Part shown: positions 14,584-26,046 of the stretch, piece after piece | Position numbering within the stretch: position 1 is the stretch's first letter | Layout: every line of letters begins with the position of its first letter | Origin: Eledone cirrhosa | Taxonomy: Eukaryota | DNA: 64,000 bases | Reading direction: 5' to 3' | Assembly (NCBI GenBank): GCA_964016885.1 | Contig: OZ024741.1 | Span: 387,128,001-387,192,000 of the forward strand | The notes under the pieces: model-generated | Database searches by the model: none | Seen by the model: the letters and a program-made list of their open reading frames with translations, nothing else | Told to the model about the DNA's origin: nothing | Made by a program: the position numbers and the translations under genes

Positions 14584-16207
14584 CGGCGCTGCCCGTGGTG
14601 GAAGTCTTCATGAGGGGGAAGCCACAGCGAGCCCTCGTGGATACGGGCTGTACGACGACACTGGTGACCGCGGGGTGGCGCAAAGGTGGGGAGGGAAGAG
14701 CAGCGTAAGGGCAGTCGACGGCAGGAAAATTGAATGCCGAGGTCGCAGCGAGATGGAAATAGCGGTACGGGGAAGGAGAATAAGGCTTTCTGCCATCGTG
14801 GTAGACAGTGTGGTTGATGGGATTGGCGTGGTTATGGGCATGGACGCGATTGGCCGTCTAGGGGACGTCACGGTGAACAATGTCGGTGTGTCGTTTGGCG
14901 CCGCTGCATCGGTATGCGCTGTGAGTGCACGTCATGAGAACCAGAAGGCCCACGAGGAGGAATACCCCGCTTACACTGTACAGGACAAAGACTTCAAGGC
15001 CGTGTTTGATGGGCAGCGATGGGTTGTTGAGTGGTACTGGAAGGGAGAACCACCAACACTGAAGACCAAAGTGGGCTGCTATCAACACACATTGAAGGGA
15101 AACGCTAGGAGCGAGTTCGAGCGAGAAGTAGAGAGATGGATCGAAGAGGGCATACTGCTTCCCTGGAAGGAGGAGGTGAAGTGCGGAGTATTGCCGTTGA
15201 TGGCGGTGGTGCAACCCACGAAGAGCAAGGTGAGGCCGGTGCTGGACTATCGGGAGCTGAACGAGCACGTGTCATGCCACACGGGTGGCGAGGTCACGGA
15301 TGTCTGTGGGGAAACCCTGCGTGAGTGGAGATGCATGACGGGGGGTTCAGCGATCGTAGATCTAAAGTCGGCTTACTTGCAGTTGCATATAGATGAGAAG
15401 CTCTGGCGGTATCAGCTGGTCAGGTATAAGGGCCGGACATATTGCCTGACCGGGCTCGGGGAGGGCCGACAAGATAAAGAGGGCTACTAACTCCTATATT
15501 GACGACATCCTAGTGGACGAGTCGGTGGTGTCGACGGCGGAGGTCACGAGCCATTTGCGAAGGTATGGACTGACTGCGAAGCCATCAGAAGCATTGGAGG
15601 GAGGAGCCGCACTGGGGCTTAGGCTACGGTGAGACAAGACGGGCGTTTTGGTGTTCCAGAGGGGAAACGAAGTTCCAGAACTGGGCCCAAGTATGAATAG
15701 GCGGGAGCTTTTCTCGGTGTGTGGAAAGCTGGTGGGTCATTACCCGATCGCTGGGTGGCTCCGGACGGCATGCAGCTATGTCAAGAGACGAGCGGGAGGG
15801 GTGACTTGGAGTGACAGAGTGGGAGAAAGGACGGTGGCCATGATGCAGGAGATTGTGGGGAGGGTGAAGGCCGACGACCCAGTGCGGGGACGCTGGTACG
15901 TTCCCAAATCACAGAGCGGGACCGTATGGTGCGATGCCAGCAGCATAGCGCTGGGTGTCACGTTGGAGATAGGAGGTGTTGAGGTCAAGGATGTAGCCTG
16001 GCTTAGAAAGAAGGAAGACTGCAGCCACATCAATGTGGCCGAGCTGGACGCGGTGTTGAGAGGGGTGAACCTCGCCCTGCGGTGGGGGCTGCGCACCATC
16101 GAGATACGCACTGACTCGGCTACTGTACTCGGATCAGTGCTCACCAGTGAGAAGAGAGTGCGAACGAGAGGCGCGGCGGAGATGCTGATAAAGCGCCGCC
16201 TGGGAAC
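14538..16207 (+). pseudogene. pol: Disrupted pol: aspartic protease, reverse transcriptase, RNase H
   Basis: DTG at 14640-14648 (-1 frame); RPVLDYRELN; VDLKSAYLQL; YIDD at 15495-15506; RNase H WCDASS..HINVAEL..IRTDS. Frameshift near 14670, a frameshifting deletion near 15455, and a stop near 15630. Confidence 0.88.
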
Positions 16208-16219
16208 ATGTTCTAACCA

Positions 16220-16325
16220 CACTTCCCTGACATTTGTGTATTATTCTATGTACTATATTGACGAGTTGTAGTGCACCTAAGCACTTTACACAATAATTTC
16301 ATTATTATTATTATTATTATTATTA
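16220..16325 (+). mobile_element. Remainder of CR1 3' UTR with (ATT)n tail
   Basis: CACTTCCCTGACATTTG..GAGTTGTAGTGCACC..CACAATAATTTC(ATT)n matches the UTR copies at 8917-9037 and 49630-49760. Confidence 0.9.
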
Positions 16326-18914
16326 TATACTCCCTCATACTATATATATATTTACCACACTAATATTCTATATATACTCCTCTCATACTATATATATATT
16401 TACCACACTATATACAATATAGACTCCCTCATACTATATATATATTTACCACACTATATACTATATATGCTCCCACATACTATATATATATTTACCACAC
16501 TATATACTATATATACTCCCTCATACTATATATATATATATATATTTACCACACTATATACACTCCCCACATACTATATATATATTTACCACACTATATA
16601 CTATATATACTCCCTCACACTATATATATATTTACCACACTATATACTATATATACTCCCCTCACACTATATATATATTTACCGCACTATATACTATATA
16701 TACTCCCCTCACACTACATATATATATTTACCACACTATATACACTCCCCACATACTATATATATATTTACCACACTATATAGTATATATACACCCTCAC
16801 ACTATATATATATTTACCACACTATATACTATATATATATTTACCACACTATATACAATATATATACTGCCTCATACTATATATATATATTTACCACACT
16901 ATATACTATATATATACTCCTCTCATACTATATATATATTTACCACACTATATACTATATATATACTCCCTCATACTATATATATATATATTTACCACAC
17001 TATATACAATATATACTCTCCTCACACTATATATATATTTACCACACTATATACAATATATACTCCCTCATACTATATATATATATTTACCACACTATAT
17101 ACAATATATACTCCCTCATACTATATATATATTTACCACACTATATACTATATATATACTCCCATCATACTATATATGTATATTTACCACACTATATACT
17201 ATATATACGCCCACATACTATATATATATTACCACACTATATACTATATATATATTTACCACACTATATACAATATATACTCCCTCACACTATATATATA
17301 TTTACCACACTATATACTATATATAGACTCCCACATACTATATATATATTTACCACACTATATACAATATATACTCCCCTCACACTATATATATATTTAC
17401 CACACTATATACTATATATATATTTACCACACTATATACTATATATACTCCCTCATACTATATATATATTTACCACACTATATACTATATATACTCCCTC
17501 ATACTATATATATATTTACCACACTATATACTATATATACTCCCTCATACTATATATATATTTACCACACTATATACTATATATATACTACCCTCACACT
17601 ATATATATATTTACCACACTATATACTATATATATATACTCCCTCACACTATATATATATTTACCACACTATATACTATATATACTCCCACATACTATAT
17701 ATATATTTACCACACTATATACTATATATATACTCCCACATACTATATATATATTTACCACACTATATACTATATATACTCCTCTCATACTATATATATA
17801 TTTACCACACTATATACTATATATATATTTACCACACTATATACTATATATATACTCCCTCATACTATATATATATTTACCACACTATATACAATATATA
17901 CTCCCTCATACTATATATATATTTACCACACTATATACTTTATATATACTCCCTCATACTATATATATATTTACCACACTATATACAATATATACTCCCA
18001 CATACTATATATATATTTACCACACTATATACTATATATATACTCCCTCATACTATATATATATATTTACCACACTATATACAATATATACTCCTCTCAC
18101 ACTATATATATATTTACCACACTATATACTATATATACTCCCCTCACACTACATATATATATTTACCACACTATATACTATATATATACTCCCACATACT
18201 ATATATATATTTACCACACTATATACTATATATAATCCCACATACTATATATATATTTACCACACTATATACTATATATATACTCCCCTCACACTATATA
18301 TATATTTACCACACTATATACTATATATACTCCCCTCACACTATATATATATTTACCACACTATATACTATATATACTCCCCTCACACTACATATATATA
18401 TTTACCACACTATATACTATATATATACTCCCATCATACTATATATGTATATTTACCACACTATATACTATATATACTCCCACATACTATATATATATTA
18501 CCACACTATATACTATATATATATTTACCACACTATATACAATATATACTCCTCTCACACTATATATATGTTTACCACACTATATACTATATATAGACTC
18601 CCACATACTATATATATATTTACCACACTATATACAATATATACTCTCTCATACTATATATATATTTACCACACTATATACTATATCTATATTCCCTCAT
18701 ACTATATATATATATTTACCACACTATATACTATATATACTCCCACATACTATATATATATTTACCACACTATATACTATATATACTCCCCACACACTAT
18801 ATATATATTTACCACACTATATACTATATATACTCCCCACACACTATATATATATTTACCACACTATATACAGTATATACTCTCCACAGGCCCTATATAT
18901 ATTTACCACACTAT
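16326..18914. repeat. Satellite block 3 (end of array)
   Basis: Same unit, degenerating at about 18880-18914. Confidence 0.97.
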
Positions 18915-19636
18915 TCAATCATCATAACAGGGCTGCTATTACCTGTTTTTACATCCTTCTGAATAGAGAGAGAGAAAGTAAAAGAAATCAGGTAAAATGG
19001 TTTGCTCTGAGGGGATGGCAAGGTTACACTACTGTGAATGAAATTGGAATTCATGACTAATGTGTCTAAATAAATTGATTGTTTAACTTTGCTTTGAAGG
19101 AGCTTCTATGTGATTATTTGACATGCTATAAACAGCAGCCAAATCCCCCTCAAATTGCACCGTACAGTCTTTAAAACAAGGAAAGAATTCATTATTTAAT
19201 GTATTCTAGCTCCATGCACTCCAAGTTCAAATCCTGTCTTGGTTGATTTGTCTTTATCCTTCTGGAGTTGATAAATATATTACAAGTTTAAAGAGAGGGA
19301 CTGGCAGAATCATTAGTGCCTTACAGAATTTGTTCTGGTTCTTTGTTCATGGCCAACGTCATGGCCAATTAAAGTAGTAGATTTAATCTGGAGTTACAAG
19401 CATTTGTACCAGATTTACAGTTTGGGAATATTTCTGTCCTTCCCATCAATGTTGGAGGCTCTGAAGAGAGTCATGAGCCATATACTTCTTTCTGTCTAAA
19501 CAATTGAAAAAGAAAATGTTCATCCTCTACACACACTGCAACAAATCTATAAATAAAAAAAATAAGGTATTCAAGACTGATGATTAGCCATCACGGTGTA
19601 AATACTACTTCTGGTAATGGAGAATACATAGCTGTA

Positions 19637-20487
19637 TATGAAGTTGGTTGAAAAGTTCATAGACTGACCAAGATACTGTCATGGATTGTGACCAAATGAA
19701 GTTTGTTTTTCAACATAATCCCCCTTGCAGTCTACACACTTCTTCCATTAATGTTGCAGTGTTTGGATCTCATTGGAAAAGAAGCTTTCATTTTGTTGGC
19801 CAAAAAAGTCAACAGCATATATGACGTCATCAGCACTGCGATACTGGTTAACAACCAAGTGTTTTTTTTTTAATGTTGGGGAACAGATGGGGCCAAATCA
19901 GTAGAATTAGGGAGAGTGAACAGCCAGTCACACACAGCAGCCATTGAAACCAAGGACTTGTATGCTGGAGCATTATCTTGATGAAATAAGATCACTTTTG
20001 TCAGTTTTACTGGGTGTTTGGTCTTGATAGCCTTTCATAACTGTCTCAGCATGTGTGGCCCTTTTGAAGATAGTCAATAAACACAATGCCTTTTGCATCC
20101 CCAAAATCTGAGGCTATCACCTTCCCTGAAAAGGCAACGTCCTTGGCCTTCTTTGGAGCAGGTGTAGAGGGATGTTTCCACCACATAGATTTGTTTCTTT
20201 GTCTCTAGCTTAAAGGGATGAACCTAACACGCATCTTGGGTTAGGAAACTTTCAAGGAAACCAACTGTATCTGCCATCAAACAATGTCAGAGTTTCCCAT
20301 CAGAAGATGTGGCACCCACCAAGCAAAAACCTTCATCATGCCAAGTTCATTGTGCAGAATATTCTAAACTCTCTCACAGGATATGCAGTTATTAATAAGA
20401 AGAGTTGAAATCCATGCATGCAAGATCTCACAGCTCTAACATAACTCCTTCATAGTTAGCCTATGAACTTTTCAATCTACCCTTTTA
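19637..20487 (-). mobile_element. Internally deleted mariner-type DNA transposon
   Basis: About 30-bp imperfect TIRs (TTGAAAAGTTCATAG / CTATGAACTTTTCAA). The minus strand encodes a transposase C-terminus WKKCVDCKGDYVEK near 19705-19750. Confidence 0.8.
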
Positions 20488-20494
20488 AATAAAG

Positions 20495-20879
20495 GCTTCT
20501 GATTTAGGCACAAGGCCAGCAATTTGTGGGGAGGGGAAAGTCAATTAAATTGATCCCAGTGCATTACTGGTACTTTATGTTTTCGATCCCATAAGGATGA
20601 AATGCAAAGTTAACTTCAGCGGTATTTGAACACAGAATGTAAAGGAGTGCAACTATATGACACAAAACATGTTGTCTGATGCTCTACCAATGCTGTCACC
20701 CCCGCCCCCAACTTCATACCTGTATAAAGGATTGTTTCTACTTTTGCCACAAGACCTGCAATTTGAAGGAGAAAGTTGATTAAATCGACCCCAGTGTGTT
20801 ACTGGTGCTGTATTTTATTGAATCCATAAGGATGAAAAGCAAAACTAACCTCAGCAGGATTTGAACACAGAACGTAAAG
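20495..20879 (-). mobile_element. Two tandem tRNA-headed SINE copies (family S1); the second is split by a hAT MITE, with its head at 22584-22655
   Basis: Reverse complement matches the SINEs at 34072-34680 (GTTCAAAT B-box; TTCATCCTTA.GGGGTCGATAAAATAAAGTACCAG core). Confidence 0.8.
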
Positions 20880-22583
20880 CAGAGGTTCTCAAACTTTTTG
20901 GACCACAACCATGTAAAACCTCCCTCACTATTTCCAGAAACACGTACTTACACAAAAATTGTAAATAATATATAATAAATAAAATTGTTAGTTCATATAT
21001 AATAATTAATATAATATATACTATGTATAAATAAATATTGTATATTATTTATTTTACTATATTCATCATCATCATCATCGTTTAACGTCCATTTTCCACG
21101 CTAGCATGGGTCTGGACGGGAATTGTCCCACTTGAGGCAAGATTGGTTGTCTTGCTCAGGACTGTCTGGTGGGTTTTCTACCGCTGGATGCCCTTCCTAA
21201 CACCAACCACGTTTACAGTGTGGGACTGGGAGGTTTTTACCGTGTTACCTACACGGCCACATTACAGCGTGGACTGTGTGTTTTTTGTCATGACACCTAC
21301 ACGACCTCATTTGTTTCGGACTGGATGTTGTGGTACCAACATAACTTCACATTTAAGGGGGTGGTGTGGATGGGGTGGGGGTAGTGGGACGGGGTGTATT
21401 TTGTTAGAGGTGCCTACTGACTGTAGGTTTCGCTTTGTACTTAGGCAAGGCGGGTCTTCTGTATTACTGTGTAGCGCCAAAGATCTCGGTCCAGTGACAT
21501 TGTCTTGGAGAGGTGTAAGTGTGTGAGGTTGGAATTTATCAAGTCGTCCCAGGTTTTTCTGGGTCTGCCTACTCCGTGGCTACCATCTATTTTTATCACC
21601 CTGCACTTTTTTAAACAGCTGTCGTCTTTCATGCGCATCACGTGACCATACCAACGTAGTCTTCTCTCAAGTAAACAACATCTGATCCCTCTTATTCCTA
21701 ATTTCTCCCTTAGTTCGTTTATGCTTTGCCGTTCATGTATATTACTATTACACATCCAGCGGAGCATGCAAGCTTCGTTCCTCTCCAGTCTGCGCAGATA
21801 TTCTGCACACAATGCCCAGGTCTCACTGCCATGTAACATTGCTGTTCGTATGCAAGCATCATACAGTCTGCCTTTCATTTTTAGAGAGAACCCTTTAGCG
21901 GCCAATAGTGGTATAAGCTCTCTGAACTTTTTCCATCCCGTTCTGACTCTAGCTACTGTACTTTCAGAGCACCCTCCCCCACTGCTGATTTTGTCACCCA
22001 GGTAACGGAAGGTGTCCACTATTTCTATAGAACCATCTGTGCAATGGAATGAGTTAGTATTCTGTGGGCACTTGCTGCTACTTATTGCACCAGAGCACTG
22101 GCCACATATAAAATCTATATTCTTAGTTAGCTTACCTGTGATCCCACTACATCTTTTATGCACCCATACTTTGCATTTGGGACATAAAATGGAGTTTCTG
22201 CCTACTCCTTTCCTACACACTGAGCATGGCCATTTCCCGGATGGAACCGGTGCCCTATTTTCCTTCCTACAAACTAGAACTTTAGTCTTAGACAGGTTAA
22301 TTTTAAGGCCTTTAGCTTCGAGGCCATGCTTCCATGTTTGGAATTTCTTCTCTAGTTCGGCCATTGATTCAGCTATGAGTGTTAGATCATCTGCGTATAG
22401 GAGTTCCCATGGGCAGCCGGTCTTGAACTCCCCTGTTATAGCCTGAAGGGCAATAATAAATAGCATATATATATATATATATATATCATTTGATATTTAA
22501 TATTCTATTATATCATCTCTACCGCCCCTTAGACCTTCTCAAGGCCCTCTGATGTGTAGTAGGGCCCACTTTGAAAACTTCTG
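20880..22583. mobile_element. hAT-type MITE (carrying a nested RTE LINE)
   Basis: TIRs CAGAGGTTCTCAAA / TTTGAAAACTTCTG; 8-bp TSD ACGTAAAG (20872-20879) / ACGTAAGG (22584-22591). Confidence 0.8.
21064..22463 (-). mobile_element. 5'-truncated RTE-clade LINE, family A (RT end, PHD finger, long 3' UTR, (GAT)n tail)
   Basis: Open 341-aa frame: [55 protein letters not shown]. Confidence 0.93.
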
Positions 22584-22698
22584 ACGTAAGGGGACATAAC
22601 TCTATGCCACAAAGTACGTTGTCTAATGCTCTACCGATACTGCTAATCCACTGCCATCATGCCTGGATAAATAATAAATATATATCTATTATTTCAGA

Positions 22699-25600
22699 AT
22701 GGAATCCTTCTATGACCAAATTTTCCACAAACTTCCCTCACTTTCCAAAGAATTTGAAACTAAAGCTGAAGAAGAATTAAATGAAACTAAAGACAGGCGG
22801 GAAGAGTGTTTGAAACAATTACAAGAACTCATTAAATCTGAAAGCAATTTAGACGCCTACTTTAATACCAAAGATAATGACTACCTCCTTAGGTTTCTCA
22901 GATCTAAAAAATTCAATGTTGAAAGAACATTTGAGCTGATAAAAAGTAAGACATTTTAAATACTATTCTTGCTTAACCATTTTTTATATTAACTCACCTA
23001 GAACCGTTTTTAGTTCTCTGAAACAAATTTAGCCATTTTAAAGGGTTCATATTTAAGTCAAAATCTTCCAACCTAATTTGATATAAGAACTTTTCCTTGT
23101 GTTACATACATCATCTAAATAATGAAATAATCAATAATTTTAGTTAATCCTTCCAAATTCTTCAATAATTTATTCAAAGAAGCCGCTACCAGAGTAAAAG
23201 ATAACAATATAGTGAGGAGCACTGGGAAACCTCTCTAATAACTTTTGAGGCAAGCCAGCACGCTCGCAATGTTACCTCAGGTGATGGCGAGGCTGATGCA
23301 CTGGAACAACCAAGCGCCCTCACAAGCTTCACCAGTTACCTCTGTTAAGCGAGCCACCAGTGAAGATAGGAATCTCGCAGTCAGTACCCTGACTCCCCCA
23401 AACGTCTCGAACGCCACAGGCTGGATAATGAAGTTGGCTGACAGATCACGGTATTTTAGGATTTTGTTCCATTCGGCTGCAGAAGCTGTGGCTCTCACCC
23501 TAACCGCAGCATCCAGGATGTGGAAAGAAGCAAAAGAGTCACTAACTGTGACGTCCCAGATAGGGCATCTGCCTCTCGACCAAGGGCACAGGGTAACACC
23601 ATCAGGTCTTTTCCCATCAATTCTGAACAACCCAGGTGGTTCCAAAATTGAGGGGATGTTTGCCCAGGCCAAAGCTCTCTTGAAAATGAGGTTTAGCTCT
23701 ATGTGACGTGTGAAGCGACTGGCATTCAGCTGGCAAGAAAGACTATGGAGGCCTGTGGAGTCGAGGACACCTCAGACCCATACAAACATCAGCTCCCACT
23801 CTGAAGGCAATGGAGACATGAAGTTCGTCCAAGCTGAGTAGGCTACCAATATTAGCCACGGGTAGGGCATTAACCCAGTTTGAAATACAGTTATACCTCA
23901 GATTTTCTTTCCAGGCCATGTCAAATTTAAACGAAAGTACCCTGAAGTTACAGATGACCTGACCTTTGAATCTGTTCGGGAATGTTTACTGAATGGTTTC
24001 CCAGGTATTTTACCTGAACGAGATGAAAAGGTGAGTTTGCCTGATTTTGTGGTTTCTTTATTGCTTAGCTTTTGTTTATATTGCAAACTTACAATAAAGT
24101 AGTTTGATATCAAGAAAAGCATTGGGATATAAAAAAAAGTCTGGCACAAAAAAAACTCATAGTCTATGCAAGCATGGAAAATGCACATGAAAATGATAAT
24201 GATGAGGATGATAATGATGTGTGTGTGTGTGTGTGTGAAATTTTTATATATGTATATATACACACACATATACACTGAGGTTCTGCACAGTTTCTCTTTA
24301 CAAAGCATTGGTCAACCTCACTCTGAGGTAGAAAATATATACCCAAAGTGGTGTACACTGGAATGAAACATGAAATGGTGTACACCCTATATCTTTCTCT
24401 GTGTACATACTATATGCTATACTTATTTTTCTTCTTTTAATTTAGGGATGTATTGTGTTGCTATTCAGCATAGGAGACTGGGATCGAAATAAGTTCCCTA
24501 ATGATGTAGTATTAAGGGCATATCTCTTTCTATTGGACTATCTGCTCCTGAATGAAGAAACTCAACTGAAAGGTGTCACCATTATAGAAAACTTCAAGAA
24601 TTACACACTACTACAAGCACTAACAACTCGTCCATCTGACATGAAGAAAATGGTTGACAGTATACAAGTAAGTACAGACTTAGGAGTTAGAAAAATGTTA
24701 TTTTTAAAATGTTTAACAAGCTCTGATATACATCATTTCATCATCATCATTTCATTTTACGTCCACTTTTTCCCTGCTTGCAAGGGTGGGACGGGAACTG
24801 ATTCTGGCTTGATTTCTACAGCTCGGTGCCCTTCCTAACACCAACCTCATTTACAGTGAGTGCTGAGTGCTTTTTTGCCGTGGCACCTCCACGACCACTT
24901 TGCAGTGGAATGATATGGACCCCAGTCCCTATCATCTCATTTCTACAGCTGAGTAAACTGGAGCAATGTGAAATAAAGTGTCTTGTTCAAGGAAACAACA
25001 CATCACCCGGTCTGAGAATTGAACTCACAACCTTTCGATTGAAAGCCCAATGCTCTAACCACTAAGCCATGTGCCTCCATACACACATATATTGTATATA
25101 CACTAAATGTTTATTTACAGAAAAATATATAGAAAGCAATAAGGAAATTAAGAATAGAAGAAAAATAAAAAAAATAATATGAAAGAAAAAATTAAACAAT
25201 GAAACGAAGGGAAAGGGGAAGGAGTGACTGACACTACGCCCTAGTTTAGTGGTATCTCTCAACTTTTTGCTGCAGACAAAATGGTGAAGACATTGACATG
25301 GAGAACGACCAGCGACTCCCGCTGCAACTGCCTCTCTGCCTTGTGGGTTCCTTCCTCAGAAAGGCTACCATTATTCTGATTTTGCGAAGAAATGTTTTAC
25401 ATGCATACATACACAGAGAAGATAGGACTTATCTAATAGTCTAAAATTATTTCACTTATCTATCTTGCCTCATTATTTTTAGCTGCATCCAAATAAGTAG
25501 GCTGACCACTTGATAAATCAACCATTCCTCACCACAAGTCAATATGAGAGCCTCTACGTGGTCCCCCAGCCTGTTATAAATAGCAGCCAAATTTCCCTCA

Positions 25601-25957
25601 CCTTTAACCTTTTTAATACCAAACTGTCCCTGGTTCTACAATACAAAACTGTTTATTTTAAAAGTTTATATTTATCTAAAAACCTTCTATTGTAATTTTA
25701 TGTTAGAATCTTTGTAGTTTCAAACATTAGATAGATATTAGATAACAAGAAGGTTAGTTTTACTAAATCCCTCTAAATTCTTGATTATTTCAAAATTATT
25801 TTTAAATCATAGGCACAGATTTTGATAAAAAATATGGTAAGAAAAGGGTTAAAATAGGAGCAGTTCTAGAGACACTTTATCTGAAGGGAAGTGACAAGAT
25901 AGTCAAAACTTTGATCATAGATCTGCTAAATATACTTTTCAACCATTTGCCTGCCGC

Positions 25958-26046
<89 letters not shown>

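Larger units (their letters stand above)
13317..16221 (+). mobile_element. Decayed LTR retrotransposon (Gag-PR-RT-RNase H; integrase and most of 3' LTR missing) nested in the CR1 3' UTR
   Basis: GC-rich insert starting TG and ending CA. Flanks GTTCC/CTTCC are a candidate 5-bp TSD. TTCTAACCACA occurs at both 13753-13763 and 16211-16221 (putative LTR end). Internal retroviral-type motifs are present. Confidence 0.85.

Noticed and set aside
14567-14670. N-terminus of the 307-aa ORF as a real start
   Set aside because: The protease motif is in another frame; this ORF enters the pol frame only after a frameshift near 14670.
1-18914. CRISPR array or telomere
   Set aside because: No unique spacers, no cas genes, eukaryotic context, and no TTAGGG-type repeats.
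955-18927. Long Y/I/T/H/P-rich ORFs, including 9678-13010 and 16467-18596
   Set aside because: Translations of a G-poor satellite that rarely forms stop codons; only the last ~155 codons of 9678-13010 are LINE-derived.
18930-18998. Possible 5' UTR exon of the RLBP1-like gene (CAG|GTAAAA)
   Set aside because: Only a donor-like motif; no independent support.
25005-25080. tRNA gene (also the S1 heads at 34-37 kb)
   Set aside because: A/B boxes are present but there is no clean cloverleaf, and each continues into a SINE body.
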